A stretch of 64,000 nt of DNA. Origin: Lingula anatina. Lineage: Eukaryota > Animalia > Brachiopoda. The notes under the pieces are model-generated. The model was given only the letters and a program-made list of their open reading frames with translations. It was not told the DNA's origin and searched no databases. The position numbers and the translations under genes are program-made. Below, piece by piece: positions 36,911-51,062 of the stretch. The stretch is from positions 16,018,534 to 16,082,533 of the forward strand of contig CM120644.1 of assembly GCA_051362555.1 (NCBI GenBank), in the 5' to 3' direction. Position 1 is the first letter of the stretch. The number at the start of each line of letters is the position of its first letter.

Positions 36911-39340
36911 AAAACAAGGCAGCAAAGCTGTCAAATGTACAGACAAAAAGCAGGAAATAACTATGCACAAAATAGGCTACTGCCAATTCTGATGCAAAAG
37001 TACATAATGTTAAACTGCAAATTCAACATCAAATTTTAACAAGACAGCACTGTTCTGAAATGGGTTTATTTCCATTTTAAACACTTTTTTAACATAAAAC
37101 AAAATGAACAGTTTACTGCCATTTTTATATGATCAACTAAGAAAATTGATGAGATTGGAAAAATATCAATATAACAGTGTTAAATGTCCAATTTCCTCCA
37201 TTCTGAGATTCTGAACATAGTGGATGATTGAATCTGACAAACTGCAGTGATATGAGTTTATTTCCATTTTTGACACTTTATTACACAATACCACTCCTGA
37301 GACTTTCATGACAATTGGCCCATCTGTTTTTCTAATATTGTGTTTACAGTGTTGCATATATGCTGAAAAATGAAAAAAACAGCATAACTACTAAAATAGT
37401 GGCCCGTTCGTGCCGATTTTCGAATTTTATCTGCGTTTTAGTAAGATCGATTACTCCTGTGAGTTTCATGACAACAGGCCTATCGGTTTTCCTTGAAATG
37501 TGTTTACAGTGTTGCATATATGCTGAAAAGAGAAAAAAACAGCATAACTTCTACAATAATGGCCTGATCATGCTTATTTTCAAACTTGACCTGCATTTTA
37601 TGAATATTCATCAGCTCTGTAAATATACAGCCAAAAAGTAAAATTGACTTCCACTTATCGTGTTTACAATGAAAGTGCACGGCACCAGTGACAGTGACGG
37701 CGACGACAGATGCAGGTGATGGCAATATGTACAGACACATCTGTACATATTTACTTTACTGTTTGAGAACAGTAAGTGACATGGTTTTTCTTAAATGCTC
37801 ATCATGGGACCAGTGCCCAAAATAGATTTTTTTCAAATTTTGATGCAATATTACATAATGTTTAACAGCATAATGACCATCAATTTTTAATAATAAAATA
37901 TTAGCATCATGGATATTCAGAAAATGTGACTAGCAAAGGTCTTCAGGCCCATGGAACTTCAAAGTCACAACTTGAAAATGCCAAAATGTAAACAAGACAG
38001 CACTGTTCTGAAATGTTTTTTTTTTTTTCCATTTTTAACAATTTTTTAAACATAAAACAAAATTAACAGGTTACTGCCATTTTTATACGATCATCTAAGA
38101 AAATTGATGAGATGGGAAAAATATCAATACAACAGTGTTAAATGTCCAATTTCCTCCATTCTGAGATTCTGAACATAGTGAATGATTGAATCTGACAAAC
38201 TGCAATGATATGAGTTTGTTTCCATTTTTGAAACTTTATTACACAATACACGATAACAAGTTTACCATCATTTTTACATAATCAACAAATTATGTTGTAA
38301 AGATGCAGGAAATGTCAACCAAACACTTTTACATGTCTTATTAGTTAAATAATGAGACTATTAACATGCCTAAGAATTGAATCTGAGGAAATGTGAAACA
38401 AGACAGCACTATTCTGACATGGGTTTATTTCCATTTTTAACACTTTTTTTAACATAAAACAAAATAAACAGTTTACTGCAATTTTTATATGATCAACTAA
38501 GATAATTGATGAGATGGGAAAAATATCAATAGAATAGTGTTAAATGTCCAATTTCCTCCATTCTGAGATTCTGAACATAGTGAATGATTGAATCTGACAA
38601 ACTGCAATGATATGAGTTTATTTCCATTTTTGACGCTTTATTACACGATACACGATAACAAGTTTACCATCATTTTTACATAATCAACTAACAATGTTGT
38701 AAAGATGCAGGAAATGTCAAACAAACACTTTAATGTATCTTATTAGTAAAATAATAAGACTGTTAACATGCCTAAGAATTGAATCTGAGGAAATGTGAAA
38801 AAACAGCATAACTTCTAAAATAATGGCCCGATTATGCCGATTTTCAAACTCGACCTGCGTTTAAGTAAGATTGACCACTCCTGTGAGTTTAATGACAATT
38901 GGCTTATCGGTTTTTCTTATATTGTGTTTACAGTGTTGCACATATGCTGAAAAAAAGGAAAAAACAGCATAACTACTAAAATAGTGGGCCGATCATGCCG
39001 ATTTTCAAACTTGACCTGCGTTTTAGTAAGATTGATTACTCTTGTGAGTTTCATGACAACAGGCCTAATGGTTTTCCTTAAAATGTGTTTACAGGGTTGC
39101 ATATATGCTGAAAAGTGATAAAACAGCATAACTTCTACAATAATGGCCCGATCATGCTGATTTTCGAACTTGACCTGCGTTTTATGAATATTCATCAGCT
39201 CTGTAAATATAAAACCAAAAAATAAAACTGTGTTCCACTTATCGTGTTTACAGTGAAAGTGCACGGCGACGCCATCGGCATCGGCGACGACAGACGCAGG
39301 TGATGGCAATATGTACAGACACATCTGTGTCTTTACATAA
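36911..39340 (-). mobile_element. HINE family A, second locus (head-to-tail dimer) in a nuclear receptor intron
   Basis: Reverse complement of the 3991-8506 element: palindromic head at 39311-39338, a second head at 37727-37748, tail AAAACAAGGCAGCAAAGCTGTCAAATGTACAGACA at 36911-36945, and shared core repeats. Confidence 0.8.
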
Positions 39341-39565
39341 AAAAGACATTATAAACATATACTTCTTTTTTATTTTTGAGAATGTACTGAGAGGAAGAAA
39401 TGATCACACTGCTTGAAATCAGTATACTAAATATTAGTTTCACTCTTTGCTTGGTTTACACATAGGTAAACTGTACATAAATCATAACAGTAGTGGTAAT
39501 TTTGGCTACAATAAACTCTCTCTCTCTCTCTCTTTGTCTGTCTGTCTGTCTCTTTCTCTCGCTTG

Positions 39566-39596
<31 letters not shown>

Positions 39597-41132
39597 GTCT
39601 GTCTGTCCGCCTGTCTGTCTCTCTCTCTCTGTTATTATGTCCCTGTGTCAAGTGTATTAAAATATCTTATTACAAAAGCTTAGCAACGTAATCCATGACA
39701 ATGATATTCATTAGTGGGCATGGTTATAGCTTCATTACTACAGCCAGATAATCACGTAGTAATTAGCAGGGTCAGGTTTCCCTTATTATGCCATGCTGGA
39801 GGTATAAAGTACTGCATTATCGAGCATCACAGGTGTTATTCCTGGATTTTGGGTGTTGAAGTTTACACAATAATGAACTTTTTATGCCCCTAGCAAAAAT
39901 ACAGCAAAATCACCACAACAGATAACAGAAAAATCTATGATCAACTTCAATCATATATAACTGTGCTATGAGGCTCAACAAACAGTCATGACCAATAGCC
40001 TTACACTTGAAAATAAAGGGAACAAAGATAATCAGAATATCTAAAAATCTTTAGCCAACTCTCAAATTAGTAATAAAAAGTTTTCCGTTAACCCTAGAGT
40101 ACTGATGGTGCAAAAAAGTTAACTGGAATGATCTGTTTTTCTGAAGAGACTTAACAATGTTTTTCTAAAGAGACTTTTCTACCCATGTGGCATGATGTGA
40201 CGATGTAAGCACCCTTCATCGAAGGGTCTTAATCACATGACACCCTACAGTAATTCTCTGATCTATACGAACGCCGCAATAATTACGAACGAAACGCTTT
40301 TTCTCTGAATCTGAATTTTTTGTCTCCGTTCTGTATGAACAATCACTGGACTCACCTTGGGCACAATTTTAACATTCTGAACGCAAGGAAGTGTGCCCAA
40401 TTGAAGCTCGCCTCATGATTCGTCAAAGTGAATTTTCAGACCACCGTTCCGAACAAAGGAACTGTCACTTGACAGGAGAGATTGTTATCACTTATTTGTG
40501 CATATTTACAATGTCATGCTGATCTCGAAAGCTCACAAGTCAGTCAATTGACTAAAGCTCCATGATGAAGGATGCATCTTAACGTCGTGCTACACAATTT
40601 GAAGAGAGACTGTTAAGAAAGCTATCGAAAACATCACTACACGATATGGCCAAAGATCATAAAATATGTACACCATCTCCATCAGGCAATTAAGAAAATG
40701 TCACTTACTCGCCCACGAACTCAAAAATATACCATCCAAGAATGAGAACTGTCAGATTTTCAAAGATATTCATACCATAGGCACTGAATACTTTAAATAA
40801 CTGACTAACTTTAAGTGTGTTTAAATGATTCTTGTATATGTCACAGTCTAGATCCCAATTTAGTCAAACGAAGTAACTAACTGGACTAGGCCAGATCCTA
40901 ATTGGGTCTTTGCACTGTTAACAGCATAATGAACTTGTTAATTGGCCAAGTAATTTGCAGGTAAGCTGACAGTTTGTTTGTGAATCCACAAATTTCTAGT
41001 ATTGTACAATCAAACTAATTAAGCTGCAAATAAACATAAATATAAACATCCAAAATTACCACCTGTAATTTCCTACAAAATTTCAGGGAGTCCAAGTATG
41101 CCTAAGGCTGTCCAGCCATCTCAGAAAATATA

Positions 41133-41148
41133 GGCCATCTGGTGGCCG
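41133..41148 (-). promoter_or_regulatory. Candidate CTCF site
   Basis: The minus strand reads GGCCACCAGATGGCC, close to the CCACYAGRKGGC core. Confidence 0.4.
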
Positions 41149-41413
41149 TCCATATAACAGCTGGACGGTTTGCTGGGAAAACCCTTGCTCGTTATGTATG
41201 TCAAATAATACACTGCCCCGCTCAATATACCATTTGCGGTGCATGTACTTCATAGAATAGAACTATAGAGTAGCCTGCTTTTCAAATTTGTTGATAGCAC
41301 TCAGTGGGAACGTTCTTATTTTAAGAATAATGACTAAAGAAATACTGTATCAATAAAATTCACAATTTTCCCCCATTGAAAAAGATCCAGTAATTTAAGT
41401 ATCTTATCCTTAC

Positions 41414-41770
41414 CTTTGCAGCCTTCACAGCTTAGGGCGTTGTAATGATACCCAGACGCCCTATCGCCACATATCAAACACAACTCCTCCTCGATACTCT
41501 TCCCCTGGATTCCGCTGCCTTTCTTCTTCTTGAAAGGGATCCCGCATTGGCTGCTGCTTCCAGACGACAGCACGGACGCAGCCGGCGACCTGGGACTGGA
41601 TGCCTGGCTGGACGAGGGGCTGGGAATACAGGATTGGCTGAGATCTCCCTGCATGTCAAAGCCGACCATGTTTCCATGCTGTTTAAGCATGGCCATACAT
41701 CTCACATGGTAGTCATGGCCACTGGCAGTGGCTGCTGTGGGATAGGTTCTACTGGGAACTGTTTGAACAA
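41414..41770 (-). CDS. EcR: NR1H nuclear receptor (ecdysone receptor/LXR-like): A/B domain and first zinc finger exon
   Basis: T9-CCAG acceptor at 41771-41773; first in-exon ATG at 41696. Encodes a Ser-rich A/B region then [26 protein letters not shown]. Donor AAAG|GTAAGG. The true start may lie in an upstream exon. Confidence 0.9.
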
Positions 41771-42485
41771 CTGGAAAAAAAAATGATACAATTTGACTAT
41801 GGCAATCACAAAACAATCTGCATGGCAGTCATGACAAAATGGAGGCTGTTGTGGGATAGGTTCTACTTGGAGCTGTTTGAACAACTGTAATAGAAAATTG
41901 ATACAATTCGACAATAACAGCAATGGCAGAACAGTTTGCGTGGCAGTCAGGACTCCTGATACACTATCCGCACAATTTCCAACAACTGCAACAAATAAAT
42001 ACAATTTGACTATGGCAATGACAGAAACCTTTTGCATGGCATCATGGCAACAGGCGGTAGCTTCTGTGGGATTTAAGTTCTACCAGGAACTATTTGTACA
42101 ATTAAAATAAATAAATAAATAAACACAATATGAAAATAATGGCAATGACAGAACAGCCAGTTTACATGGCAGCCATAACTATACTGATGGTGGCTGTGGT
42201 AAGATATAATTCCTACCAAGAGCTGTTTGAACAACTATAAAAAATAAATATAATTTGACTATAATGGCACTGACAACAGTTTATATGGCAGCGCAGTCAT
42301 AATATGATGATGGCTGTGGTAGGTTATATGTTCTACCAAGAGCTATTTGTTCAACTGTAAAAAATAATACAATTTGTCTTTAACAATTATAAAACAGTTT
42401 GTATGGCAGTCAAAAATAGTAATGGTGGTTGCTGTTGAATATATATTCTATCAGAACCTGGCTGAACAACTGTAAAAAAATACAA
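41700..42485 (-). repeat. ~117-bp degenerate tandem array (7 units) overlapping the receptor splice acceptor
   Basis: Recurring plus-strand motifs ATGGCAGTCA...GTTCTAC...TGTTTGAACAACTG-A-run-TACAATTTGAC, with unit spacing of 101-133 bp. Confidence 0.85.
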
Positions 42486-44441
42486 CTAGGAATGAGAGAA
42501 TAAGCAATACTGCTAAAAACTGACTTAGCAATAATGGTCTGAAATCATTTAAGAATAAGTGACCTGCCTTTGTCATTCCTTAATATGCTAGCATCTGTCA
42601 CAAACGAAAGGTAAAAAAAAAAAAAAAAAAAAAATTCATCAAGATAATTGTAATTTGCTGAAGAGGCTTACTTTAATGACCACAAAAATACCACAAAAAT
42701 GACTTTTAGAAACTATTCAACCTTTAGAAACTATTCAACCTTTTTAAAAATTATTTACAATCAAGTGAAGGGAATCAGTCTCTATCTCTACTTGGAGCCT
42801 GACAAAAATAAGAAACTAAGATCTCAAAAGCGGGTTTCTGGTTTATAATTTGGCACACGACTTTGAACATGGTATAACTACTAGGAGGTAATTAAGGCAA
42901 ATTGTTCAAATTCTCAACCAAATTGATTTTTGCTACACAAAGTTCTGACGCTCATTTAGACAAAAAAAAAAAAAAAAAAAAAAAAAGAAAAGAAAAAAAA
43001 GAGAGAAAGAAAGAAAAACAAAAACCTAAAAGAATAGGGAAAAAAAGAGAAAACTGCAGCACTTCAGAATGAGAACATGCCCTACAACTAAGTATACAAC
43101 AACTATATATATAAAAATATATATGTGAGCTATCAAAATCAGTCAAGGACAAACATTTAACATAAACTTACTGGTGTTAAGGAAAGGCCAATAACATCTT
43201 CGACGCGGAAATGCCATTTCCGCCTGCGACAGACAAAAGCTATCTGCTAGCCTATTCCCATAGTGATACCTGAGATCCATTTTTGTGCCGATTTTGATAT
43301 CTTATAGAGGATATTAGTTTTGCTCTGATACAGCAAATGAGTAAATAGTCATTTGCCACAAAAGGTCTTGTGTTTGAATGTGTCCCTTGTCAACAGCGAC
43401 CACAATGTTTAGAATAGCATCTCTTGGATTTATCACATTTGGATGTAAAATGTCACAGAAACAAGGATCATGTGGATAGATCCACTAACTGTTAACCAAT
43501 AATCCAGCTTTATCACATATACGTACACGGCATATGCACTGCAGAACACATAGTGCTATTGTAATCAGCTATTACTGTATTAACTCTGTAGGAAGTAGAA
43601 ATCTCTGTACAATATAATAAATATAACAGAAAATGTTCAGCAACAAAGTAATAAAAAAAGTTAACTTATTCATAAAGTCTCCATAAAAATGCCTTCTGTT
43701 GGTTCAGCCAAAAAGCCTTAAATGGATAAAAATGCACCCTCAATCCACTTTACAGTTTGAAATTCAGGAATAAAGCCCAGGCTGCATTTGAAGACTAGAG
43801 AATGTACAGTGCTCCTGCGTCAACAAACCTCTTCTCCGCCAAGTTGTTATTGAAATAACAGTCCAACCACTGGCTCCTCTTTTGAGACAATTAGCTACAT
43901 TCTTAAACAGCTTTTCTCAGAAGTCTTCACACCTCTCACTCGCTACAGGAAGGACTTCCTTATCATCATTATATATTTATATATAATTCGTATATATAAT
44001 GAACTCTCCACGTATTCAAATTTTACGTTTTAAAAAGTAAACATATAAAAATATCACCTTTATATTTTTAAAAATGTTCACAAAAAACCTTTCTTGGGTG
44101 ATCAGAGAAATAAAGACGTAGTTTTTAATCTTTTTTTTTTTCTCAGCAAGCTAGCCAATATCTCACAGCAACTGTTACCATCTTGCTGTCTCCGTTCAAC
44201 AGAAGTCTCCAAATATGGAAATATCCTCTTGTGAGATTGTGACGAAAAAGACTGTGACTGCTTACTTATACCGTCTGTATGTATGCAATGTCAGAGTGAC
44301 CCTGTGAATTGCTTCTATAATTGCTGCACGTCAGGTTTGCTTATTAAATGATCCTCTTAACAACGAGTTTTCTTGCACAACGTCACTCTCTCGGTTGATT
44401 GGTGCACATGAAAAATCCTAACAAGAACGTTTTTCACTTAA

Positions 44442-44485
<44 letters not shown>

Positions 44486-45660
44486 GTTGATTGATAGACT
44501 GATCCACTTAAAAATCTCAACAATAGATAACTACATCATCACAGAAATATGGGCTGTCACCACTTGCCAACCAGGTTATTGACTGTCGAGTGATTGGTTC
44601 GTGACAGCAAGAGTTTCTGGCCTTGCTGCTTATTGCGGCTATAAACTATATGTCTATTATCTATTAAAAATTCCCTTCTGTTGCCATGCTGAACAAGAAT
44701 ATATAGAAACGCTATACAGAAATATAATTTTGTGGTTATGAAATTGGGTACCTGAAAGTTTGAAAAATGTTCCCATTGAAAAGACTGAGCCAATACTGTC
44801 TCTTTTTGTCAAATGTCTAATTATATCCCATCTTAAGCTCCAGGTTAATTAATTTGGAAAAATTGTTTTAAAAATAAATATTATATTAAATTATTATTAT
44901 TATAAAAACTGTTGCCACAGAGTAGCTACATAGGGAGTGTATGTATGTCAATTTTTTTTTATTTGTGGAGATTGATTCTTTCTCTCTTTCTGACACCTGG
45001 ACAAAGGTATATATGTTAATGTAATCTATGCTTAATTGCAACAGTACTTTTTATGATTGTTTTAATGATTGTTTTAATGAAAGATGGTATAAATCCAATA
45101 AAATATATGCCATGATACGAGTCAAAATCAAAAGTAAGGAGCAAAAACAAGCAAACCAATGTGCAACACAGACCATGGAAAAAACATATTAAATGTGAAA
45201 TTAAAATTAAATCGAATCTTTCAAACTTTTCTACTAAAAAGTATTATATATTATATGTCACAGCTGGAGAAACAGAAGAACAGCTTATTTTTGTAGTTTT
45301 TACTACAGGGCAATTTTCTTTTGAAAACAGTCAGTCTATTAAAAAAACTCACGCCTAGACATTCTGTTTTAACAATCACTCTTTTTCGCTCAAATTGCAA
45401 GCACACAAAGAAAGAGAAAACAACTGTTTCCCCGGCAATGTGATTTAAATTGCATTAGCTGCATCCTATACAGGATTGCACTCTTAAAACACCTCACTGC
45501 CTAGAACTATGATATACAGAAATCAATAACCACAGAAGATTACTAGAAGGTGTCTGTGTAAAATACCCTGATTAACTCAAAATAAAACTCATTCTTTTCA
45601 AACCAAAGACAGAATGTGACAGTGTTAAAATACGAATCCCTTTTCACAGCAAGTGGTATA

Positions 45661-45903
45661 TTTACCTCCGCCAAGGAAGTTATGTTTTCACCTCTGTTTG
45701 TTTGTTTGTCTGTCTGTCATCAACATAACTCAAAAAGTTATCGACTGGTTTTGATGAAATTTTCAGGAACTGTCATAAGTGGGCCAAGGAACAGATGATT
45801 AGTTTTGGGTAGTGATCCAGATCAATTATCAATAAAGAATCAATAATAATAAAAAATTGCTACCTTGGTGAAGGTCTGCTCTCTGGGAGTGCTTTTCTAG
45901 TTT
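45661..45903 (+). mobile_element. HINE-like element, family C
   Basis: TTTACCTCCGCCAAGGAAGTTATG head, (GTTT/GTCT)n microsatellite, and tail CCTTGGTGAAGGTCTGCTCTCTGGGAGTGCTTTTCTAGTTT. Confidence 0.7.
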
Positions 45904-46988
45904 ACTGATAAAGTCTGTACCGTACACTTTGAAAGGTGGACAACTTCATAGCTGTGATGTAAGAGGCCATTCAAAACAAAAGATCCGGGTCCGCCATATT
46001 TGATCCATGGACATATATGTCCTTGGATCATCTGCTCTGAATGAGGCCTAAGACAGTCGTCCTAAAGTAGTGTCCATTATCCACATGGCCAATTAATTAA
46101 CAAAACCAAATTACAAAACAGGCAGAGTCAACTTTCTCAAGATGGCAGCATGGGTTTGGGGTTGGAGAGGGGGAATAAGGATTGGGGGTTACCTCATAGC
46201 ATATTGCTGGAAATTCTGTTCGTTGGCAATTGCAGTTCTTGTTCCACACTTCTATCAATACGGCATCCAAGTCCAGATTTCCAAAATAGATTGAAGTTAG
46301 GTTCCCTGGCTGAGAGCCTAATATCCATGGTGACATAAGCAATTCTTACTCTATCAGCAACAGTATAAAAGCATTCTTATGGAAATCCTGGTTAACTAAG
46401 CCAGGGAACTGACATCAGTTGTTTTTCTCTCTCAAACAGGGCCCTGGCTTCTAATTTGTATGTACTTTTATATATAAATATATAATTCTTAAAGTGAAAA
46501 TATAGAGCCATTATGAAACCAAGAAAAAAATCCAAGCTTCATATTGCAAAGACCTTTTTTTTTAAAAAAAAAAAAGAGCTCGAGAGATAAAAAAGATCCT
46601 TTATTTGAAGAAAAACATTAGGGCTTCTTATTTCTGACTAAATGAGACTTACAATATTTTTTGAGTGATGAAAAGAACCATAGTACCAAGAAAAAGTACT
46701 TATTGGCATGCAACATACTAGCAGGTTGTAGTTTTTCAAGTTAAAAAAAATCCAGGTTTCATTTTATCAAGTTATTTTTGAAGTTCATGCCTTTAAGTTG
46801 CATGTCAAAACCCCAAGTCGACATAACACACCTGTTATCTACATGTCACAGTAAGTTTGTTAGTCTGATCAGTGGATCAATAATAATAATAATAATCAGA
46901 TATTTGATTGCAGAACTGAATCCAGCATATTTTCATTTAAAAATTCATACTAACAATAACAATTTAAACCTATGAATAAACCTATGAA

Positions 46989-47039
<51 letters not shown>

Positions 47040-48349
47040 ATGCATCTACCTGTTGTTTCAGATTTAATCTGTCTCAAAAGCTGCTCCCAAAGCTATTTGA
47101 AAAAACTTCAGATGTGAAACTTACAGTCATGGAAGAGCAAGTCCAGAGGAATAGCCATTATCTTATCCATAATGGTCATTTCAGAGTCATTTCAGCATAA
47201 ACACATACTATTAACCCTAAATCAGAATATTTAGCCAGTTTGTAAAAACATGTAAGAATTGGCAAATTATTTCAGCAGAAAGTTGAACCATAATAGTTGA
47301 CAAGTACAGACTAATTACAGTTAAAAACAAATTTTTTGATGTGATCTATTTAGTAAAACAGACATTCAGCAAAAAAAAATTGCTATGGAAATTAATAATT
47401 CTAGCATGCAAGTGACATGTTTCCCTTCTTGTTTTTTTTCCTTTTCTTTTGACCAAAGATAAATCAATGGTTGAGCAATTAGAAAAAACACAGGGTCTCC
47501 TTCAACAACAGAAGATACCTGCTTTACATGATTCAAACCGAAGTTTACTCTACTTTTAGAATGGAAAACTATGGATTCATCTTTACCTGAAGTATAGACA
47601 AACGCTTTTATATTTTAGGTTAGATAAATTTTTGGGCCATTTATCATTATCATTATTGTTATTATTATTGATAACTGGCCTCTGTATTTTCAGATGACAG
47701 GGAATCAATACAATTTCATTAAACATTTCCACAAGGACATCTACTCCATTTAAAAATTGTACTCTCCCCTTTCAACAAGCATTGATTTTATTCTTAAAAT
47801 GTTCTCCTATCAAGGATACAAATTAGACTCTGAGAACACCCCAGATCTATGAAAGCAACAACCAGGAATGACACTTAATCATTTTTTAATGTGTTTAAAT
47901 ATTAAGAAATACTGATTCAGATGACAATAAATGCATCACTATCGTTGTGATCACTAAACACTCCAACCCTTTCTTCATCATGTATCAGAAAAACTGAAAT
48001 TGACTCTTTCTTATTGTTCTAAGCAAACTTCTTTGAGTGCATATATATATATATATATCTTCCGAGGTCTGTTTTTCTGAGGTCCACTTTCTGAGGGTCC
48101 ACTGTTCTGAAGGTTCATTGTTCCGAAGGTACACATAGAACAAAAACAGCTCAAAGATAGCAAATTTAATGTCCCAATTATGCAACTAATACATTTCATT
48201 TAGCCCCAGTTATCGCATCAATAAACTTTTTCGGAATAGGGACCCTCAGAACAGCGGTTGATTTTTTTATCAACTTGAAGGCTCCTTTGGTCTTCAGAAT
48301 AATGGAAGCTTGGAAAAGTGGACTCTCGGAATATAGGGGTGTTTCCACT

Positions 48350-48880
48350 TCTTTTCCTTCCAGTTCTTTTTAGGACTTCTTAATTGCTGATATATTGTCC
48401 CTACGCATCCTTCTCATAAACTACTTTTCTGCTGCCTGCAGTCTTTCTGCCATGATTGCCATTGGAAATATTCAGTAGGTCAGTTAAGAATAAATCTAGC
48501 ATTGTAGAACTTGGGAATTTTCACTCTATGTCTTTGAGTATCTTTCCCATTTTTTGAAAGAAATCTTTTGCTATGCTGTTTCTTCTTATTTCTGTCTCAC
48601 ATCTGCCATCATCAGTTATCATGCTTCCCCAGGTAAATGAACCTCTTGACTTCAGCTTGTTATTGCCATCTTCTAATATTCCCAGTCGGAGTGTTGCTTT
48701 AATTTGTCTACTTATGAAGGACCATACGTACATTAGGTTTTCTTGCAGTTTATTGTAAGGCCTCGCTTTTCTGCTTTCACCTCCCATTTTATTTAATAGT
48801 GTCTGTAGTCTCTCTTGCAATGTTGAATGATGCCCTGATAGCTGTATCATCAGCATATCTCGTGTTTGCGATGTACCATC
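48350..48880 (-). mobile_element. Degraded RTE-clade LINE reverse transcriptase fragment
   Basis: The minus strand encodes TRYADDTAI (about 48838-48864), GSMITDDGRCETEIRR..IAKDFFQKMGKILK and ERLQAAE..FMRRM, across shifted frames. Confidence 0.8.
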
Positions 48881-49938
48881 CCCCAAAAGTAAGTACTTCT
48901 TATTCATTTGTTTCAGTCACTATGTATATGTTAAACATGGGAGAATACAAAATGTCACAGGAGCAAAATCGTTGTCTAGACCAGTACAATTTACCCTTGG
49001 GGAGGTTTTAGGGATAAAAAAAGGACAAACAGCCTTAGGTCTCTTTTAAAAAGGCAATTAAAACAGTTTCAATTTTTTACTTTCATAAACTGATTTTGAA
49101 CTTAACTCATTTGGCAAAACTGTCCACTGTTTAAAAAAAAAAAAAAATAAATAAACATAAAAATGAATACATGAATGAATATAAATGAAACCCTACTAGG
49201 AAAAATCAACCCTGGTTGTGGACTGCCGTAGAGCATCCTAGCTTATCACCTATCACATTGACAATGTATCCTCCACTGGTGGAAATAAATGTAACAAACA
49301 GAATTAAAAACACAAGAGAATGGTCTCTAAGTACAGGTCAGGTCACACTGACAACTGCAGTCAGGTACTTTTCCAGGTTGATTCATAATTAATTTAAACT
49401 ACCATAATTCCTCCAAAATGTCAAACCACTCACTCTTTTCCCATTATTCAGTTCTTCATCATGTATGTCATTACGTTTTTTTCTAGTAGATAAAGAGTGC
49501 AATGCAACTTGCTTCACTTTATAATTAAAATCATTATCCTCTGAAGGGCATTACAATAAAAACAATGATTTTTCAGTAAATGGTTAATAAAATTTGTTCA
49601 AATTTATAGAGAAATTACCATGGTGCCCTCATATCCGCACTAAAAAAAGTATTCTCTTCACAAAGATCAAAAGGGAAAGTAACATTTGGATTCTATTACT
49701 GGTGCGCTGTTCTAACCATAAGCTCATGCGGGAGATTGCTCTTGGAGTAAAACCAGTGCAAGTAAAAAAAATATCAGCTGAAGCCCACATATATTCACAT
49801 GAAATAATAAGCCAAGGTGAAAGCTCTCTCTCTCTCTCTCTTGTGGGCGCGTGCACACACCCGAGGCCTGAGACCCTATAAACATCTGGTTTTGATCTAA
49901 TAATTGATGTAATGAACGATGACCACATATTTGACTTG

Positions 49939-49990
<52 letters not shown>

Positions 49991-50115
49991 ATTAAGAGAC
50001 AAAGACAAATCCATTCATACTTCTATTTAAGATTAACAAAGATACAAAGTTCACACATGCTCTCTCTCATACACACACACACACATTGTATACTAACAAA
50101 CATGCCAGAAACGCT

Positions 50116-50149
<34 letters not shown>

Positions 50150-50979
50150 CTCACAATCAACTTTTTATAGCTACTTGGAAACAGCTGTGATTCTCCAATG
50201 ACCTCAGAAATTCAGGTCTAGGATGATTTACCTTAGCTATAGTCAGTGTTTGCCTCTTAGGAAAATAAGTTGCTGGACCGATCTTGAAAATTAGCTGGAC
50301 TGAAAGTCTGCCGGGTGGGAAAACTTCTCAGCCCGTTCTAAAAGTTGTCAACCCCTGGCAGACGGTCCAGCCTTAATTTCTAACACTGGCTATAGTGTTT
50401 ATGTTGCAATAAGTATAAGTGTCACAGACATACCTACATCACCTGAATAGCAAACCAGTCGAACCAGTGACTTTATCACCTTTTCTTCACCAGGGTACAA
50501 ATGTTTTGTAAAAACATGCAAATATTTTGGTTTTAGTGTCATGTCACCTTACTTGGCCTAATGGCAGAGCTAACTGTAATTTTTTTTTTACTCCCTTAAT
50601 AACATAATAATACCAACCTATCTCGTCACCTCTAGTACACACTCCAACGTGTCATGATGTAATTCATGTCGCCACCTGGATGAATACAGGGCGCAAGCTA
50701 CGTACACGACAGCTCAGCATAGTGTACGTGCCATCCATGAGTATTATCTAAAGCATGAGTGGAATACACATACACACTCGTACAACTAGTTGACTCCTGG
50801 TGTATCTGATTTACACAGCGTCCCACGACAAGAACAAATAACCCAGACGTGATTCACCAGTAGGTCACGTTCTTGTCTGACAGTATGAGTGTATGCTTCA
50901 TGTCTGTCTCTTAGTTTCTGTTCTCTTTTGTTCGCGCTATTCTCCCTGTGGCACAATGCGACTAACCTAAAGGTACAAC

Positions 50980-51062
50980 AAAGACTGACTGCCGCAGGGG
51001 TACAGACTCACGACCTGTGCTACTTGACGACCTTATGCGCCCTGCCACAGTGCAATACCTCA
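50980..51062 (-). mobile_element. Possible tRNA-derived SINE head (degenerate)
   Basis: A-box-like TTGCACTGTGG and B-box-like GGTCGTGAGTCTGTACCCC at tRNA-like spacing; no intact cloverleaf. Confidence 0.3.

Noticed and set aside
40140-40620. Diverged long inverted repeat as a structured ncRNA
   Set aside because: The arms are heavily mismatched; more simply an old MITE, with boundaries too uncertain to call.
41445-41786. Plus-strand ORFs overlapping the receptor exon
   Set aside because: Shadow ORFs of a GC-rich coding exon.
50980-51062. tRNA gene
   Set aside because: A and B boxes are degenerate and no cloverleaf forms; at most a SINE relic.
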